DNA from: a virus
Length of the DNA: 64,000 nucleotides
Virus record (IMG/VR): IMGVR_UViG_3300032220_000699
Location: 125,135-189,134 of that record
Strand: one strand, 5' to 3'
This document shows positions 47,615 to 56,546 of this stretch, in pieces (position 1 is the first letter of the stretch; every line of letters begins with the position of its first letter). The notes below the pieces were generated by a model, which was not told the DNA's origin, did not search any database, and saw only the letters and a program-made list of their open reading frames with translations. The translations under genes and the position numbers were made by a program.

Positions 47615-48014
47615 TAGCGTTTATCCTGTCCAATCTCTTATTGTAGATTACCAGGTAACCTTCGTCAGAGATTGTTAGACTATAAACATTAATATGATTG
47701 TTCGAATGTTTTTGTTGAATAAACTCTTCTATATATAGACTCACGTCCATATATAGAGGTAGTTCTTGAATGATATTAAGTTCGGTTAGGATCTCTTCTA
47801 AGCTAAGCCGCTTATTGGCGATATACAGGAAAAACTGATTGTAGCTGCTATCTTCAAAGATGGTGTTACGCAGCGCATCATAATTCATGTAGTTATAGAT
47901 GCAGATGTTTGCAACAAGCATACGATAAAACATATCACGATACTTAAAATATTGACTATTCATTTCTCGTTTTATATTATTAACGTTAACTTTTAATGAG
48001 TCGGTTCTCATCAA
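47601..48014 (-). CDS. Hypothetical protein
   Basis: 137 aa; first gene after the promoter variant at 48077-48104. Confidence 0.55.
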   Translation of the reverse strand: MMRTDSLKVNVNNIKREMNSQYFKYRDMFYRMLVANICIYNYMNYDALRNTIFEDSSYNQFFLYIANKRLSLEEILTELNIIQELPLYMDVSLYIEEFIQQKHSNNHINVYSLTISDEGYLVIYNKRLDRINANVQP

Positions 48015-48154
48015 TTTCCCCTTAGTTATACAGACTATTTAGCGAAAATTAAGATTTTAATAATGCTAGTACAGATACTATATATGTGTTTGAAATACAT
48101 CCCAAACAAAAAAAAAAACAACACTTGTGTATGTTGTTTTTGATCGTATTTTTC

Positions 48155-48364
48155 TTAGCAACGATCATTGCTGTTATACGCAACATCTACGAGATCACCG
48201 TTACCGGCAATGGTGATACAAACATCACCTTCGTAGATATGCAGATATGAATCATCGCCTGCCAACATTTCCGGAGGGTATTGTTTTAACAACAGTTCCA
48301 TCCGTTGATCTGAAGACATGGCTTCGTACCGCGCCTTGGCAATGTCAAGTTGATTGACGTACAT
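48155..48364 (-). CDS. Small hypothetical protein
   Basis: 69 aa, AGGAGGT SD. Confidence 0.6.
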   Translation of the reverse strand: MYVNQLDIAKARYEAMSSDQRMELLLKQYPPEMLAGDDSYLHIYEGDVCITIAGNGDLVDVAYNSNDRC

Positions 48365-48378
48365 ATAACCTCCTTCTC

Positions 48379-48645
48379 TTAGTTCTGGTAACCCATCTTG
48401 CGAAAGACTGCGTTACGCATAGTGTTAATGACGGTTGCGTCACGGCACACTTTCCAGGCAGCATTAAAACTACCTTCAGTTGCAAACAATGCAGTAGCCA
48501 GGTTACGGTCATAACCAAGTTCAACTGCACATTCGATATTTTGCTCACAGGCTTTAGCAGCGTTAATACGAGATTGCTCAGCTTGTGCAAAAATTTGAGA
48601 TGCCAGATTGTTTTGAATCTGGTTAGTCATCGTGATACCAAACAT
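48379..48645 (-). CDS. Small hypothetical (putative early) protein
   Basis: Start ATG 48645 with AGGAG SD; leader duplicated from 8248-8330. Confidence 0.65.
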   Translation of the reverse strand: MFGITMTNQIQNNLASQIFAQAEQSRINAAKACEQNIECAVELGYDRNLATALFATEGSFNAAWKVCRDATVINTMRNAVFRKMGYQN

Positions 48646-48689
48646 GATTTTCTCCTCGCTCACTTAAGAGCATTAAATTAATGTCACCT

Positions 48690-48717
48690 ATTATATATGT
48701 AACTGAAGAAAATTCAA
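48690..48717 (-). promoter_or_regulatory. Putative early promoter TTGAAT-N16-TATAAT
   Basis: Recurrent motif. Confidence 0.7.
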
Positions 48718-48725
48718 AGACAAAA

Positions 48726-48756
48726 AAAGAAGAAGGACCCGAAGGTCCTTCTTCTT
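48726..48756 (-). terminator. Intrinsic terminator-like hairpin
   Basis: AAGAAGAAGGACC-CGAA-GGTCCTTCTTCTT (UUCG loop on the minus strand), followed by a T tract. Confidence 0.75.
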
Positions 48757-49762
48757 AAACTTTCACTGTGACAGGCTCAGGATTGAATACACGAATATAC
48801 TCATCATCACGCAAGAGCATGAAACGAGAATCTCCGATCCTCACACTAAGACTTGTGATATCACCTTGTAAAGCCTGATTGAGATTTTGCAAAACATCAC
48901 CGGTCAAATCGATATCATGAACTTTCTTAAAGTATTCACGAATGACAAACAATCGATTACCTGGAGAAAGATTGATAAAGTCATTCAGTTTCCATTCGCC
49001 TGACAGAATGTTAATAGACAGGTTAGGAGCTGAAGCTTCGTCGACCAACTTACGAACACCAGTAACACTTTCAATAAAACCACGCAGATTAAAGCGATGG
49101 TTGATCATTGGCATAATATTGTTACGGATATAAGTGAGATCGAGCGACTCCATGTTATGTAATTCTTCGCAGGTTAAAAACTCAACCGGGTTATACCGAG
49201 CATAGTCTAAAACCACAGAACGATCAATACCCAAGAAAGGACGACCAACATCACGTTTAATTCCGTTGTTATCATACGTTGTTAAGAAAGTAGAACCACG
49301 AAGTCCGTTAGGATTGCTACCATTCAACAAACGAAGAAGAAAAGTTTCAACCATCGTGTCTGTTGTATCAGGCAACAAAATAAGATCGATGTCTTCTGAT
49401 TTGAAAATCAAGTCGGTATAAACTTCGTGAACATTGTCAGGAAACATGACAGAATGAGCTTTGGTGTTACAGACCTGCATCGTGATCTTACAGCCGTATT
49501 CTTCTGCCTTTTTAAGCGCGATGTCATCGGCATCCTTGGCACGCGAAAAATCCGCATAACTCAAATACAGGATGTGAAGCTCATAATTCATCGTGTCCTT
49601 AAATTTGGACGCAATATCCAAAAGAACAGAGCTATCAGTGCCAGACGTATATAGAACACCGACCTTGATTCGTTTACCATTAAGATTCTTGTTATAGTTA
49701 TAACCGGCAACGAAGTTCTTGAATTGTTCTTCAGCCAAATGCAAACCATTTTCAAACATCAT
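48755..49762 (-). CDS. tilS: TilS/MesJ-like PP-loop protein (tRNA-Ile lysidine synthetase family), degenerate motifs
   Basis: KVGVLYTSGTDSSVLL (PP-loop), VETFLLRLLNGSNPNGLRG, RPFLGIDRSVVLDYA, YIRNNIMPMI. Confidence 0.65.
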   Translation of the reverse strand: MMFENGLHLAEEQFKNFVAGYNYNKNLNGKRIKVGVLYTSGTDSSVLLDIASKFKDTMNYELHILYLSYADFSRAKDADDIALKKAEEYGCKITMQVCNTKAHSVMFPDNVHEVYTDLIFKSEDIDLILLPDTTDTMVETFLLRLLNGSNPNGLRGSTFLTTYDNNGIKRDVGRPFLGIDRSVVLDYARYNPVEFLTCEELHNMESLDLTYIRNNIMPMINHRFNLRGFIESVTGVRKLVDEASAPNLSINILSGEWKLNDFINLSPGNRLFVIREYFKKVHDIDLTGDVLQNLNQALQGDITSLSVRIGDSRFMLLRDDEYIRVFNPEPVTVKV

Positions 49763-49777
49763 TTTGATTCCCCTTGA

Positions 49778-50314
49778 TTAATAGAAGTGATGACCTTCGA
49801 ATGCCAGAAGAAGTTTTTTATCTTTCAAGTATTCGGGTTGTGAAACTTTTTTCGGAGCATAGTAAAATTTGGCCGGAATAGATGGTTTAAAGTTACCCAT
49901 CTGAAAACGCCACACAATCTGATGCGCCCAAGCTAACATTTCTTTATCACGCTGTCGGACAGTTTGACTAGACATGATTTCTTCTGTATTCAAGCAACTG
50001 AACTGTTTGTTCTTAGTTGCTGCTTGATACAAACCATCCAAAGTCTTTTCCTTGGCACGGTTATAAATAACTGACATGACAAGATCCATAGACTTACGAG
50101 AAGTACGATTTTCACACCAAATAGTCTCTGCTATTTTTCTGGCTTTCATTGCTGTATCGTCTTTTTGTCGAAGATTATTGTCTTGTTTTAGATTGAGCTG
50201 TTCTGATGATTGAGGGACATTGTTAAGATTCTCATAAGCAAACAAACCAAGCAGAAGCATGATAATAATAGCAACTGCGTTAATTACAGAGCGATATAGT
50301 TTCTTTGGTTCCAT
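49778..50314 (-). CDS. SleB-like cell wall hydrolase (Hydrolase_2) with N-terminal membrane anchor
   Basis: IAETIWCE...VMSVIYNRA...KQFSCLN, then FYY...FEGHHFY. Confidence 0.8.
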   Translation of the reverse strand: MEPKKLYRSVINAVAIIIMLLLGLFAYENLNNVPQSSEQLNLKQDNNLRQKDDTAMKARKIAETIWCENRTSRKSMDLVMSVIYNRAKEKTLDGLYQAATKNKQFSCLNTEEIMSSQTVRQRDKEMLAWAHQIVWRFQMGNFKPSIPAKFYYAPKKVSQPEYLKDKKLLLAFEGHHFY

Positions 50315-50345
50315 TTTTTTAAACTCCTAGTTAATAATGTCAAAT

Positions 50346-50373
50346 TTTATATATGTAATCAAATAAAAATCAA
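50346..50373 (-). promoter_or_regulatory. Putative early promoter TTGATT-N16-TATAAA
   Basis: Recurrent motif. Confidence 0.6.
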
Positions 50374-50407
50374 AACTAGGAAGGGAATAACCCTTCCTAG
50401 TCTTTAA

Positions 50408-50575
50408 TTATTTTTTACGCTTAGAGTTTTTCTCTTTAGAAGACTCTTTGTATTTTATCTCTCCGGTGTAACTCTTACCATCAAGATAACAAATATGCAT
50501 ATATCGATCTTTATCAATTTTCTTAGTTACTACTTTGCCACCGTTCTTAACACAGTTAAGGAAGTCTTTAGGCAT
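50408..50575 (-). CDS. Small basic protein (55 aa)
   Basis: Below the track cutoff. MPKDFLNCVKNGGKVVTKKIDKDRYMHICYLDGKSYTGEIKYKESSKEKNSKRKK fills the gap between a stop and a terminator. Confidence 0.6.
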   Translation of the reverse strand: MPKDFLNCVKNGGKVVTKKIDKDRYMHICYLDGKSYTGEIKYKESSKEKNSKRKK

Positions 50576-50580
50576 AATAG

Positions 50581-51030
50581 TTACATCAGATAAGTATGGC
50601 TACCATAAACCTGTACAACGGTCTTAGTTCGCGCAAATGTAGGTCGGACCAATTTATGATTGTAAAAGTATCGCGCTCGAGTTATAGGACTTTGTTCATT
50701 AGTGATAAAATCACAAACTAAGTCATAAGCCTCTGAGTACTTAACATTATCAATCTTCTTAACACCAGTCTTCATATTGAAGCAGTAATATTGATTCTTC
50801 TTGGCTACTTCAGCGTGAAGTAACCCAACATTATGACTTTGTGCTCTATTGTAAATTGTAGACATTACCAGCATCATTGCTGTCTCATCAGTTTTGTCTT
50901 CACAATAAACAACGAATGCTATGTCATTGAGTTTCTTTTCAAGTTTAGCGTCTGTGTAGCATTTAGCCTCAGCAAGACTAGGAATGATTGCCACAAGAAT
51001 ACTAAAAATTGCATAAATAATTTTGTTCAT
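50581..51030 (-). CDS. Second SleB-like cell wall hydrolase, with signal peptide
   Basis: IAFVVYCE...VMSTIYNRA...NQYYCFN...YFYNH...YGSHTYL; AxA-type signal peptide. Confidence 0.75.
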   Translation of the reverse strand: MNKIIYAIFSILVAIIPSLAEAKCYTDAKLEKKLNDIAFVVYCEDKTDETAMMLVMSTIYNRAQSHNVGLLHAEVAKKNQYYCFNMKTGVKKIDNVKYSEAYDLVCDFITNEQSPITRARYFYNHKLVRPTFARTKTVVQVYGSHTYLM

Positions 51031-51122
51031 TAAGGGCTCCTTTCTTTGGAAAAGTAGGTTAATTGAAAAAATATATATCCGGTTATCGTATGAAATCTAT
51101 CAATCCAAAAAGGATATTAAAC

Positions 51123-51707
51123 ATGACTACCTCTAAAAAGCTGTATGAGCCTGGTGAAGAAATAGTGATTGATGTTAAACATAGTGAAGAGGTACCAGCC
51201 GAAGCTGTTCAAGAACAACAAACAGCACAACCTGTTTCACTAGGAAACGACCAGTTATTCGAAAACATTAAGGGTATCTTTGCCGAAGAAAAAATGATTG
51301 TTCGTAAAGATACTTATTTTACACCAGCTAAGGGTGTAATCGAATTAAATATTGACGGCTCGATTTTCATGCCGAGCAGCACCATCCTTCTTCAACCTAG
51401 AAAGTTTGAAGAATTATATCTCAAAGAACTTGAGTCCATTATTTATAACTCTAAGGAGCAGCTTGATACTGACAAGCTTTTGCCACTGATCATTTTGTTC
51501 AGTCATATTAACAAAAAGAACTACCCTATTCGGATAGTTAGTGGCAATTATCGAAAACTGCTCTCTAAAGTATGTAGTGTTTTAAATAACTTTTTAAATA
51601 AAAATTATACGGTTATCCGTAGTATCTATGAGAGTTTCAATAGTATCAAAGATACTGAAGAAGAACAAAATGATATTCGCAAGCAACACGAATCTCAGCT
51701 GAGGTAA
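51123..51707 (+). CDS. Hypothetical protein
   Basis: Start reassigned to ATG 51123 (AAGGA SD). Confidence 0.6.
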   Translation: MTTSKKLYEPGEEIVIDVKHSEEVPAEAVQEQQTAQPVSLGNDQLFENIKGIFAEEKMIVRKDTYFTPAKGVIELNIDGSIFMPSSTILLQPRKFEELYLKELESIIYNSKEQLDTDKLLPLIILFSHINKKNYPIRIVSGNYRKLLSKVCSVLNNFLNKNYTVIRSIYESFNSIKDTEEEQNDIRKQHESQLR

Positions 51708-51709
51708 TT

Positions 51710-53152
51710 ATGTCTAACAAGCTTGTCTTGTTTTGTGACGGTGCTTGTCGTCCTAATCCTGGGTTTGCTGGCTTTGGTATCTTTGGTTTTATTTATACTG
51801 ATGCTGATAAACCCAAGAATCACAAACACCCACATCACGGAACTCTTTATTTTACTCCTACTGGTATTCAGCGTGATAAGAGTGAAACACCAATTGCAGT
51901 AAGTCATATTCTTGAAATGATTTATGCTGTTGGTAATCCTCAAAGCACAAATAACGAAGCAGAACTTAAAGCAATTGTTGCTAGCTTAAAGAAAGCTTCT
52001 ACACTTGAAAACTTAACTGACATTGCTATTTGGACTGATAGTAATTATATTGTCAGCGCCTTCAATGAAAATCTAGATAACTGGATTAGAAATAGCTGGA
52101 GACGCATTGATGGTAAGATTATAACTCATATCGCTGAATGGGAAAAAATCGTTCAGTATCGTGAGTTGTTTAAAGAAAAAGGTTGTAACTTATCTATCAG
52201 CTGGATTAAGGGACATACTGAATCTAAAGATGATAACTATAGTCATTGTAATAATATAGCTGATATCTACTCAGTTATTGGTTCCAATTATGCTAGGATT
52301 AATAATCCTTCTCAAGATACAGTCATCATGGATAACATGCTGACATACGCAGAATATAAGAAGTCTTATGCTGATAAAGACTTTGTTTTCTATTTCCGTG
52401 ACATGTATTTTAGTTCGGATAAAGAAATTGATGACAGGAATTACTGTTTCATTAGTACTTCTGATGACCCAGGGCTGCTTGGTAAGCGAAACAATTCTTC
52501 AATCTTCGCCACCAACATAGGCTATATTCCTCCTATCATCAACCAGATCAAAGCTTTTTATCGTGAGATAAATCGTAACTATATAACGACATGTTGTCTT
52601 AAGATTAATAAACTTGAGAATAAAGATATCTATCGTCTGTCTGAATATATAGATGCTCGGTTAATGTTGTTACCAATGCCTTCTCAACCGAGAACTTATT
52701 TGCTGGTTGGAGATAAGACTCCATTCCTATACGAGAATGCAGTGAGCTTCCCGTTCATTGTGAATGCTGCTGAGATGTTCTCAAAGATGTCTGATATTGA
52801 TTCTGTCATTGATGAAGAAAATCCAAATATCTATAAGTTCGATGTAACCGATACATTTATTGACTTGCAAGAACATAAACTTAAAATAACTAATAAGGAC
52901 AAAGATATCGATTTTTCTGACCTTGTTAAAGATCATATACAATTCAAACAGAAACTTATCATCAAAATCAGTTACGATGTTCCAAGTTTCTTAGCACTGA
53001 AAAATATTGAAAGTGAAATCGAAAAGGTTCAGTTAATCATCGAGACTAATCCCGATAATAACTTCTGTACGGTTTACATCAATATAGCCACAAATTCAAG
53101 GAGTATTTATTCCGTAAATATTGGGAGTAAGTATCTCCGAAAAACTAAATGA
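51710..53152 (+). CDS. rnhA: Ribonuclease HI with C-terminal extension (phiKZ gp155-like)
   Basis: LFCDGACRPNPG, TNNEAEL, WTDSNY, WIKGH, NNIAD. Confidence 0.9.
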   Translation: MSNKLVLFCDGACRPNPGFAGFGIFGFIYTDADKPKNHKHPHHGTLYFTPTGIQRDKSETPIAVSHILEMIYAVGNPQSTNNEAELKAIVASLKKASTLENLTDIAIWTDSNYIVSAFNENLDNWIRNSWRRIDGKIITHIAEWEKIVQYRELFKEKGCNLSISWIKGHTESKDDNYSHCNNIADIYSVIGSNYARINNPSQDTVIMDNMLTYAEYKKSYADKDFVFYFRDMYFSSDKEIDDRNYCFISTSDDPGLLGKRNNSSIFATNIGYIPPIINQIKAFYREINRNYITTCCLKINKLENKDIYRLSEYIDARLMLLPMPSQPRTYLLVGDKTPFLYENAVSFPFIVNAAEMFSKMSDIDSVIDEENPNIYKFDVTDTFIDLQEHKLKITNKDKDIDFSDLVKDHIQFKQKLIIKISYDVPSFLALKNIESEIEKVQLIIETNPDNNFCTVYINIATNSRSIYSVNIGSKYLRKTK

Positions 53153-53208
53153 AGTGATAGTACTTACTTTCGTTTGTCCGAGTCTTTTTCTAGTTTAAGG
53201 AGAAAATA

Positions 53209-53883
53209 ATGGGAATTCTTAATCCTGTCGTTTCCAAGTTTACACTTGTTCAAGGTGTTCCACAGGAAATTTACGTATGTCCTGGTTCAAAGACACACGC
53301 TGTTGTTGATCTGAGCTTCTTCAAAGATGATCTGAACGGTGACGCTCTGATCGCTGTTGCTCTGGCTTCTGAAAGCAATCCAAATAACCTGACAACTGTT
53401 GATTACTTCATTGATGACATTCAGCTCGTCGGCGCTGTTAACTCTGCTGAACTAAACAAGGTTATCGTAGGTCAAGGTGAGCGTCTGTTCATCAAGGTTA
53501 TATCAGGTGTTGACATTGTTTGTCGTCTTTCTGGTGTTGAAGAAAACAACCCGAAGGTTCTGAAGGCTGGTCGTCTGGCTGCTTCCTCGATCTCTGGCAC
53601 GGCTCAGACCCAGATCTATGCTAACGCTCTTCCGAACGTTGCTTATATCTCTGCCTCAGCCACCATCTTCAATACCTCTGCAACTGAAAATGCTCAGGTC
53701 GAAGCTTGGATCAGTACTTCCGGTGTTCCGGCAGCTTCTGACAAGGTTCTGAAGCTGGAAGTTCCTTTCAGCGATACGACTATTCTGGAAAACATTCTGC
53801 TGGCTCCGAACGAAAAGATTTTCGTTAAGTCCAGTGTTGCCGATACCGAATACTTCGTTAACGGTACAGTTGTTGCTCAGTAA
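53209..53883 (+). CDS. Probable virion beta-sandwich protein with two tandem domains
   Basis: Internal repeat (IY...VIVGQGERLFIK / IY...ILLAPNEKIFVK); highly expressed codon bias. Confidence 0.55.
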   Translation: MGILNPVVSKFTLVQGVPQEIYVCPGSKTHAVVDLSFFKDDLNGDALIAVALASESNPNNLTTVDYFIDDIQLVGAVNSAELNKVIVGQGERLFIKVISGVDIVCRLSGVEENNPKVLKAGRLAASSISGTAQTQIYANALPNVAYISASATIFNTSATENAQVEAWISTSGVPAASDKVLKLEVPFSDTTILENILLAPNEKIFVKSSVADTEYFVNGTVVAQ

Positions 53884-53983
53884 TAAAATATCAAACAAAA
53901 GCTTAGTCTCGGGTAAAACCGAGACTAAGTCTTTTTTTAATAACAACAAAATACTTTAGTAGACCTATTAATTATGGTGAAAA

Positions 53984-54346
53984 ATGAGTGCGATGCTTAC
54001 GCCTAAATGGAAACAGATTGGTAGCAACAGGATCGGATTCTATTGTCCAGGGTGTGACGATATACATATGATCGATACTGATCGCTGGACATTCACATTT
54101 AAAAATGACAAAGGAACTATTAGTCCTAGTGTCTTAGTTAAGTCTGGTCATTTTGCAGATCATTATAAAGCAGAAGATAATTGCTGGTGTAAATATTACG
54201 CCGAACATCCTAAGGAGGAACCTGTTTACAAATGCGGTGTTTGTCACCTATTCTTGGTAGATGATGTTATTTCCTACCTAACTGACTGTACTCATGCGTA
54301 TGCTGGTAAGGTCATTCCTCTTCCTGATTTTCCGATTAGAAATTAA
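53984..54346 (+). CDS. Cys/His-rich protein, DUF6527-like
   Basis: FYCPGCDDIH...WTF...TISPSVLV...VCHLFLVDDVISYLTDCTH. Confidence 0.65.
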   Translation: MSAMLTPKWKQIGSNRIGFYCPGCDDIHMIDTDRWTFTFKNDKGTISPSVLVKSGHFADHYKAEDNCWCKYYAEHPKEEPVYKCGVCHLFLVDDVISYLTDCTHAYAGKVIPLPDFPIRN

Positions 54347-54360
54347 CTTGGAGCAAAAAC

Positions 54361-55053
54361 ATGTTTGACGAACTTGGTGATATTAGTTCTGTTGATGTTA
54401 GTGAGTTACAAGACACTGGCATGCAAAAGAAAAGCAACTACGGTGGTAATGGCAACGGTGGGTGGCAAAAAAACAATGGTGGTCAAGGCGGCGGCAATAA
54501 GTGGCCTAAGAAAGAAGATAAGGTCGAACCTCCTTATGTTCCTGTCACTGTTTGGGTTGATCGTGAGTTCCCGCCTGAAGTTAAGAATGCTATTTACAAT
54601 ATCAGTAGCAAGCTGATTGCAAAGGGCATTACAATTCGCGTGAACGGTGATGATAAAGATTTCTTGGCTAAACTCCAAGCTTTGTCTGATGTTCATGTGG
54701 AAGTTTATATTCCTTGGAGAAACTTTAACGAGATTGATTCCAAGCATTATTTCAATACACTTACATCCAAAGATATCGCTATCAAGCATTTCCCGCCTTA
54801 TGACCGCGTTCCTGATGCAGTTAAGGCTATGCTTGCTCGTAATGTCCGTATGATCTTCGGTGATAAAAATAACAGCATTACGCTGTGTTTAATTACGTGG
54901 AGTAAGGACGGTGCATCTCGTGTTAGCGAAGTAACTAAAGATACCGGTAAGTCGTCTTTTGTTATTAAGGTTGCAAGTTCTTATGGTTTCCCTGTTGTCA
55001 ATATTGCTAAACAGACAGCAGAAAATATTTTGGAAAAAACCTTTGGATTGTAA
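54361..55053 (+). CDS. SLOG-superfamily (DprA/Smf-like) protein with Gly/Asn-rich N-terminal arm
   Basis: EVYIPWRNFN...MLARNVRMIFG...LITWSKDGA...TGKSSFVIKVASSYGFPVVNI; paralog of 56547..57092. Confidence 0.6.
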   Translation: MFDELGDISSVDVSELQDTGMQKKSNYGGNGNGGWQKNNGGQGGGNKWPKKEDKVEPPYVPVTVWVDREFPPEVKNAIYNISSKLIAKGITIRVNGDDKDFLAKLQALSDVHVEVYIPWRNFNEIDSKHYFNTLTSKDIAIKHFPPYDRVPDAVKAMLARNVRMIFGDKNNSITLCLITWSKDGASRVSEVTKDTGKSSFVIKVASSYGFPVVNIAKQTAENILEKTFGL

Positions 55054-55063
55054 GGAGTTTTAA

Positions 55064-55762
55064 ATGAGCAACAAGAATCGTAATCAGCAACAAAGACCAA
55101 ACACTGGTACTGCTAAGCCTCCGGTTGAACAAACTGAAGTTCAGCAAGATCAGACCAATCTGAATGCCGAGCAAGATCAAACCAATGCAGCTGCTGAACA
55201 AGCTTCTGAAACTGGTGTTGGTCAAGCTCAAGAAACAACTGCACCGGAAACGGCTGCTCCTGTTGTTCAAGATACCAAACCGGCAGAAGCTGAAGCCGCC
55301 AAAGCTCAGCCTAAGTCATCCCATTCACAACCTCAAAAAGGATTTAAGCCTGTGTATAAAGTTGAACTCGAACTGACCGGCTATGCCGAAGCTATGGACA
55401 AAGCAAAGCCCATGGTTCCTGCCGATGGCGGTAAGTGGCAATATTCCCTGTTCAAGGCGATCAAGTCGATCTTCCTTGCTAAGTCTCAAGAAGACTTTAA
55501 CAATGAATTCAACACTGTTCTGTCGTTCTTCAACAAGAACAAAGACGGTATCTTCAACGAAAAGTTTATCTTCCGTTTCCCGGAAAACTGGCCTGGTAGC
55601 CAAGCAGAATATACCCAGAATCGTCGTCTGGTGTATCTGATCATCCAGACCGCTGATCCTAAGGGTCGTAAGAAGGCTCTTGACCAGATCAATATGGAAA
55701 TGGTTGCTGAAGGTATGTCCGAAGCTCAGAAGCAAATGCTTTTCAACTTCTACCAGATGTAA
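55064..55762 (+). CDS. Hypothetical protein with Q/A/E-rich N-terminus
   Basis: 232 aa, AAGGAG SD, biased codons. Confidence 0.65.
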   Translation: MSNKNRNQQQRPNTGTAKPPVEQTEVQQDQTNLNAEQDQTNAAAEQASETGVGQAQETTAPETAAPVVQDTKPAEAEAAKAQPKSSHSQPQKGFKPVYKVELELTGYAEAMDKAKPMVPADGGKWQYSLFKAIKSIFLAKSQEDFNNEFNTVLSFFNKNKDGIFNEKFIFRFPENWPGSQAEYTQNRRLVYLIIQTADPKGRKKALDQINMEMVAEGMSEAQKQMLFNFYQM

Positions 55763-55808
55763 CAAAAAAAAAAATATCCCACGGCACAAAGCTGTGGGAT
55801 ATTTTTCA

Positions 55809-56234
55809 TCATTCGCAGTCACCTATAGGTTTATTCATTTCACGAATAATTTCATCGATCTCGTCTTGCGTGAGATCTTTGATCTTCATGACTTTACCTT
55901 CCTTAAGTCTTTGATAATATGTGTGAAACTTCTTAACAGCTTTACCAAAGCTTAAAGGTGACAAGAGTTTGTCAGTTACGGTCTTGAATCTTTCATCATC
56001 CGGATCATCTGTATAATGTCGAGGAAGACGTTCAACATGCAGAAGATTGATCATCTCGGTATATTTAATACCGTGTTTATGTCCTTCCACATATGTTAAG
56101 TCGATACGATTCTTATGTCCGACATTAACCGTTATCTTTTTATGTTTCTCAAACAGAGAAACAAGTTGACGGTGTGATATATTCGCAAAGTCAACTTCTT
56201 CTAACTGCAGCTCATTAACTTCAACTCTGGACAT
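55809..56234 (-). CDS. Hypothetical (putative early) protein
   Basis: 141 aa, AAGGAG SD, promoter at 56266-56293. Confidence 0.65.
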   Translation of the reverse strand: MSRVEVNELQLEEVDFANISHRQLVSLFEKHKKITVNVGHKNRIDLTYVEGHKHGIKYTEMINLLHVERLPRHYTDDPDDERFKTVTDKLLSPLSFGKAVKKFHTYYQRLKEGKVMKIKDLTQDEIDEIIREMNKPIGDCE

Positions 56235-56265
56235 TGTTAGCTCCTTTTAAAGATGGTTGTCAGTT

Positions 56266-56293
56266 TCTATATATGTAATTAAAAAATATTCAA
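56266..56293 (-). promoter_or_regulatory. Putative early promoter TTGAAT-N16-TATAGA
   Basis: Recurrent motif. Confidence 0.6.
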
Positions 56294-56328
56294 AAAGATA
56301 ATGTGATAAATAAACGCGGAACATACAA

Positions 56329-56544
56329 ATGGGTGAAACTGTCGATAACAATAGTAACAAGCTTAGATTAAAAGAAGTAAAGATCATTGAGTATATTTGT
56401 GATAAGTGTCATGCAGGTAAAATGAAACCAACAAATATCATGCTTACATCAATGCCACCTAAATACGAACACGTCTGTCCTTATTGTAATAGTAAGGCTA
56501 ATCTTGACCATACTTATCCTAGAACAGTTATTGTTGTGGAGTAA
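56329..56544 (+). CDS. Small zinc-ribbon protein
   Basis: CDKC...CPYC. Confidence 0.6.
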   Translation: MGETVDNNSNKLRLKEVKIIEYICDKCHAGKMKPTNIMLTSMPPKYEHVCPYCNSKANLDHTYPRTVIVVE

Positions 56545-56546
56545 TT

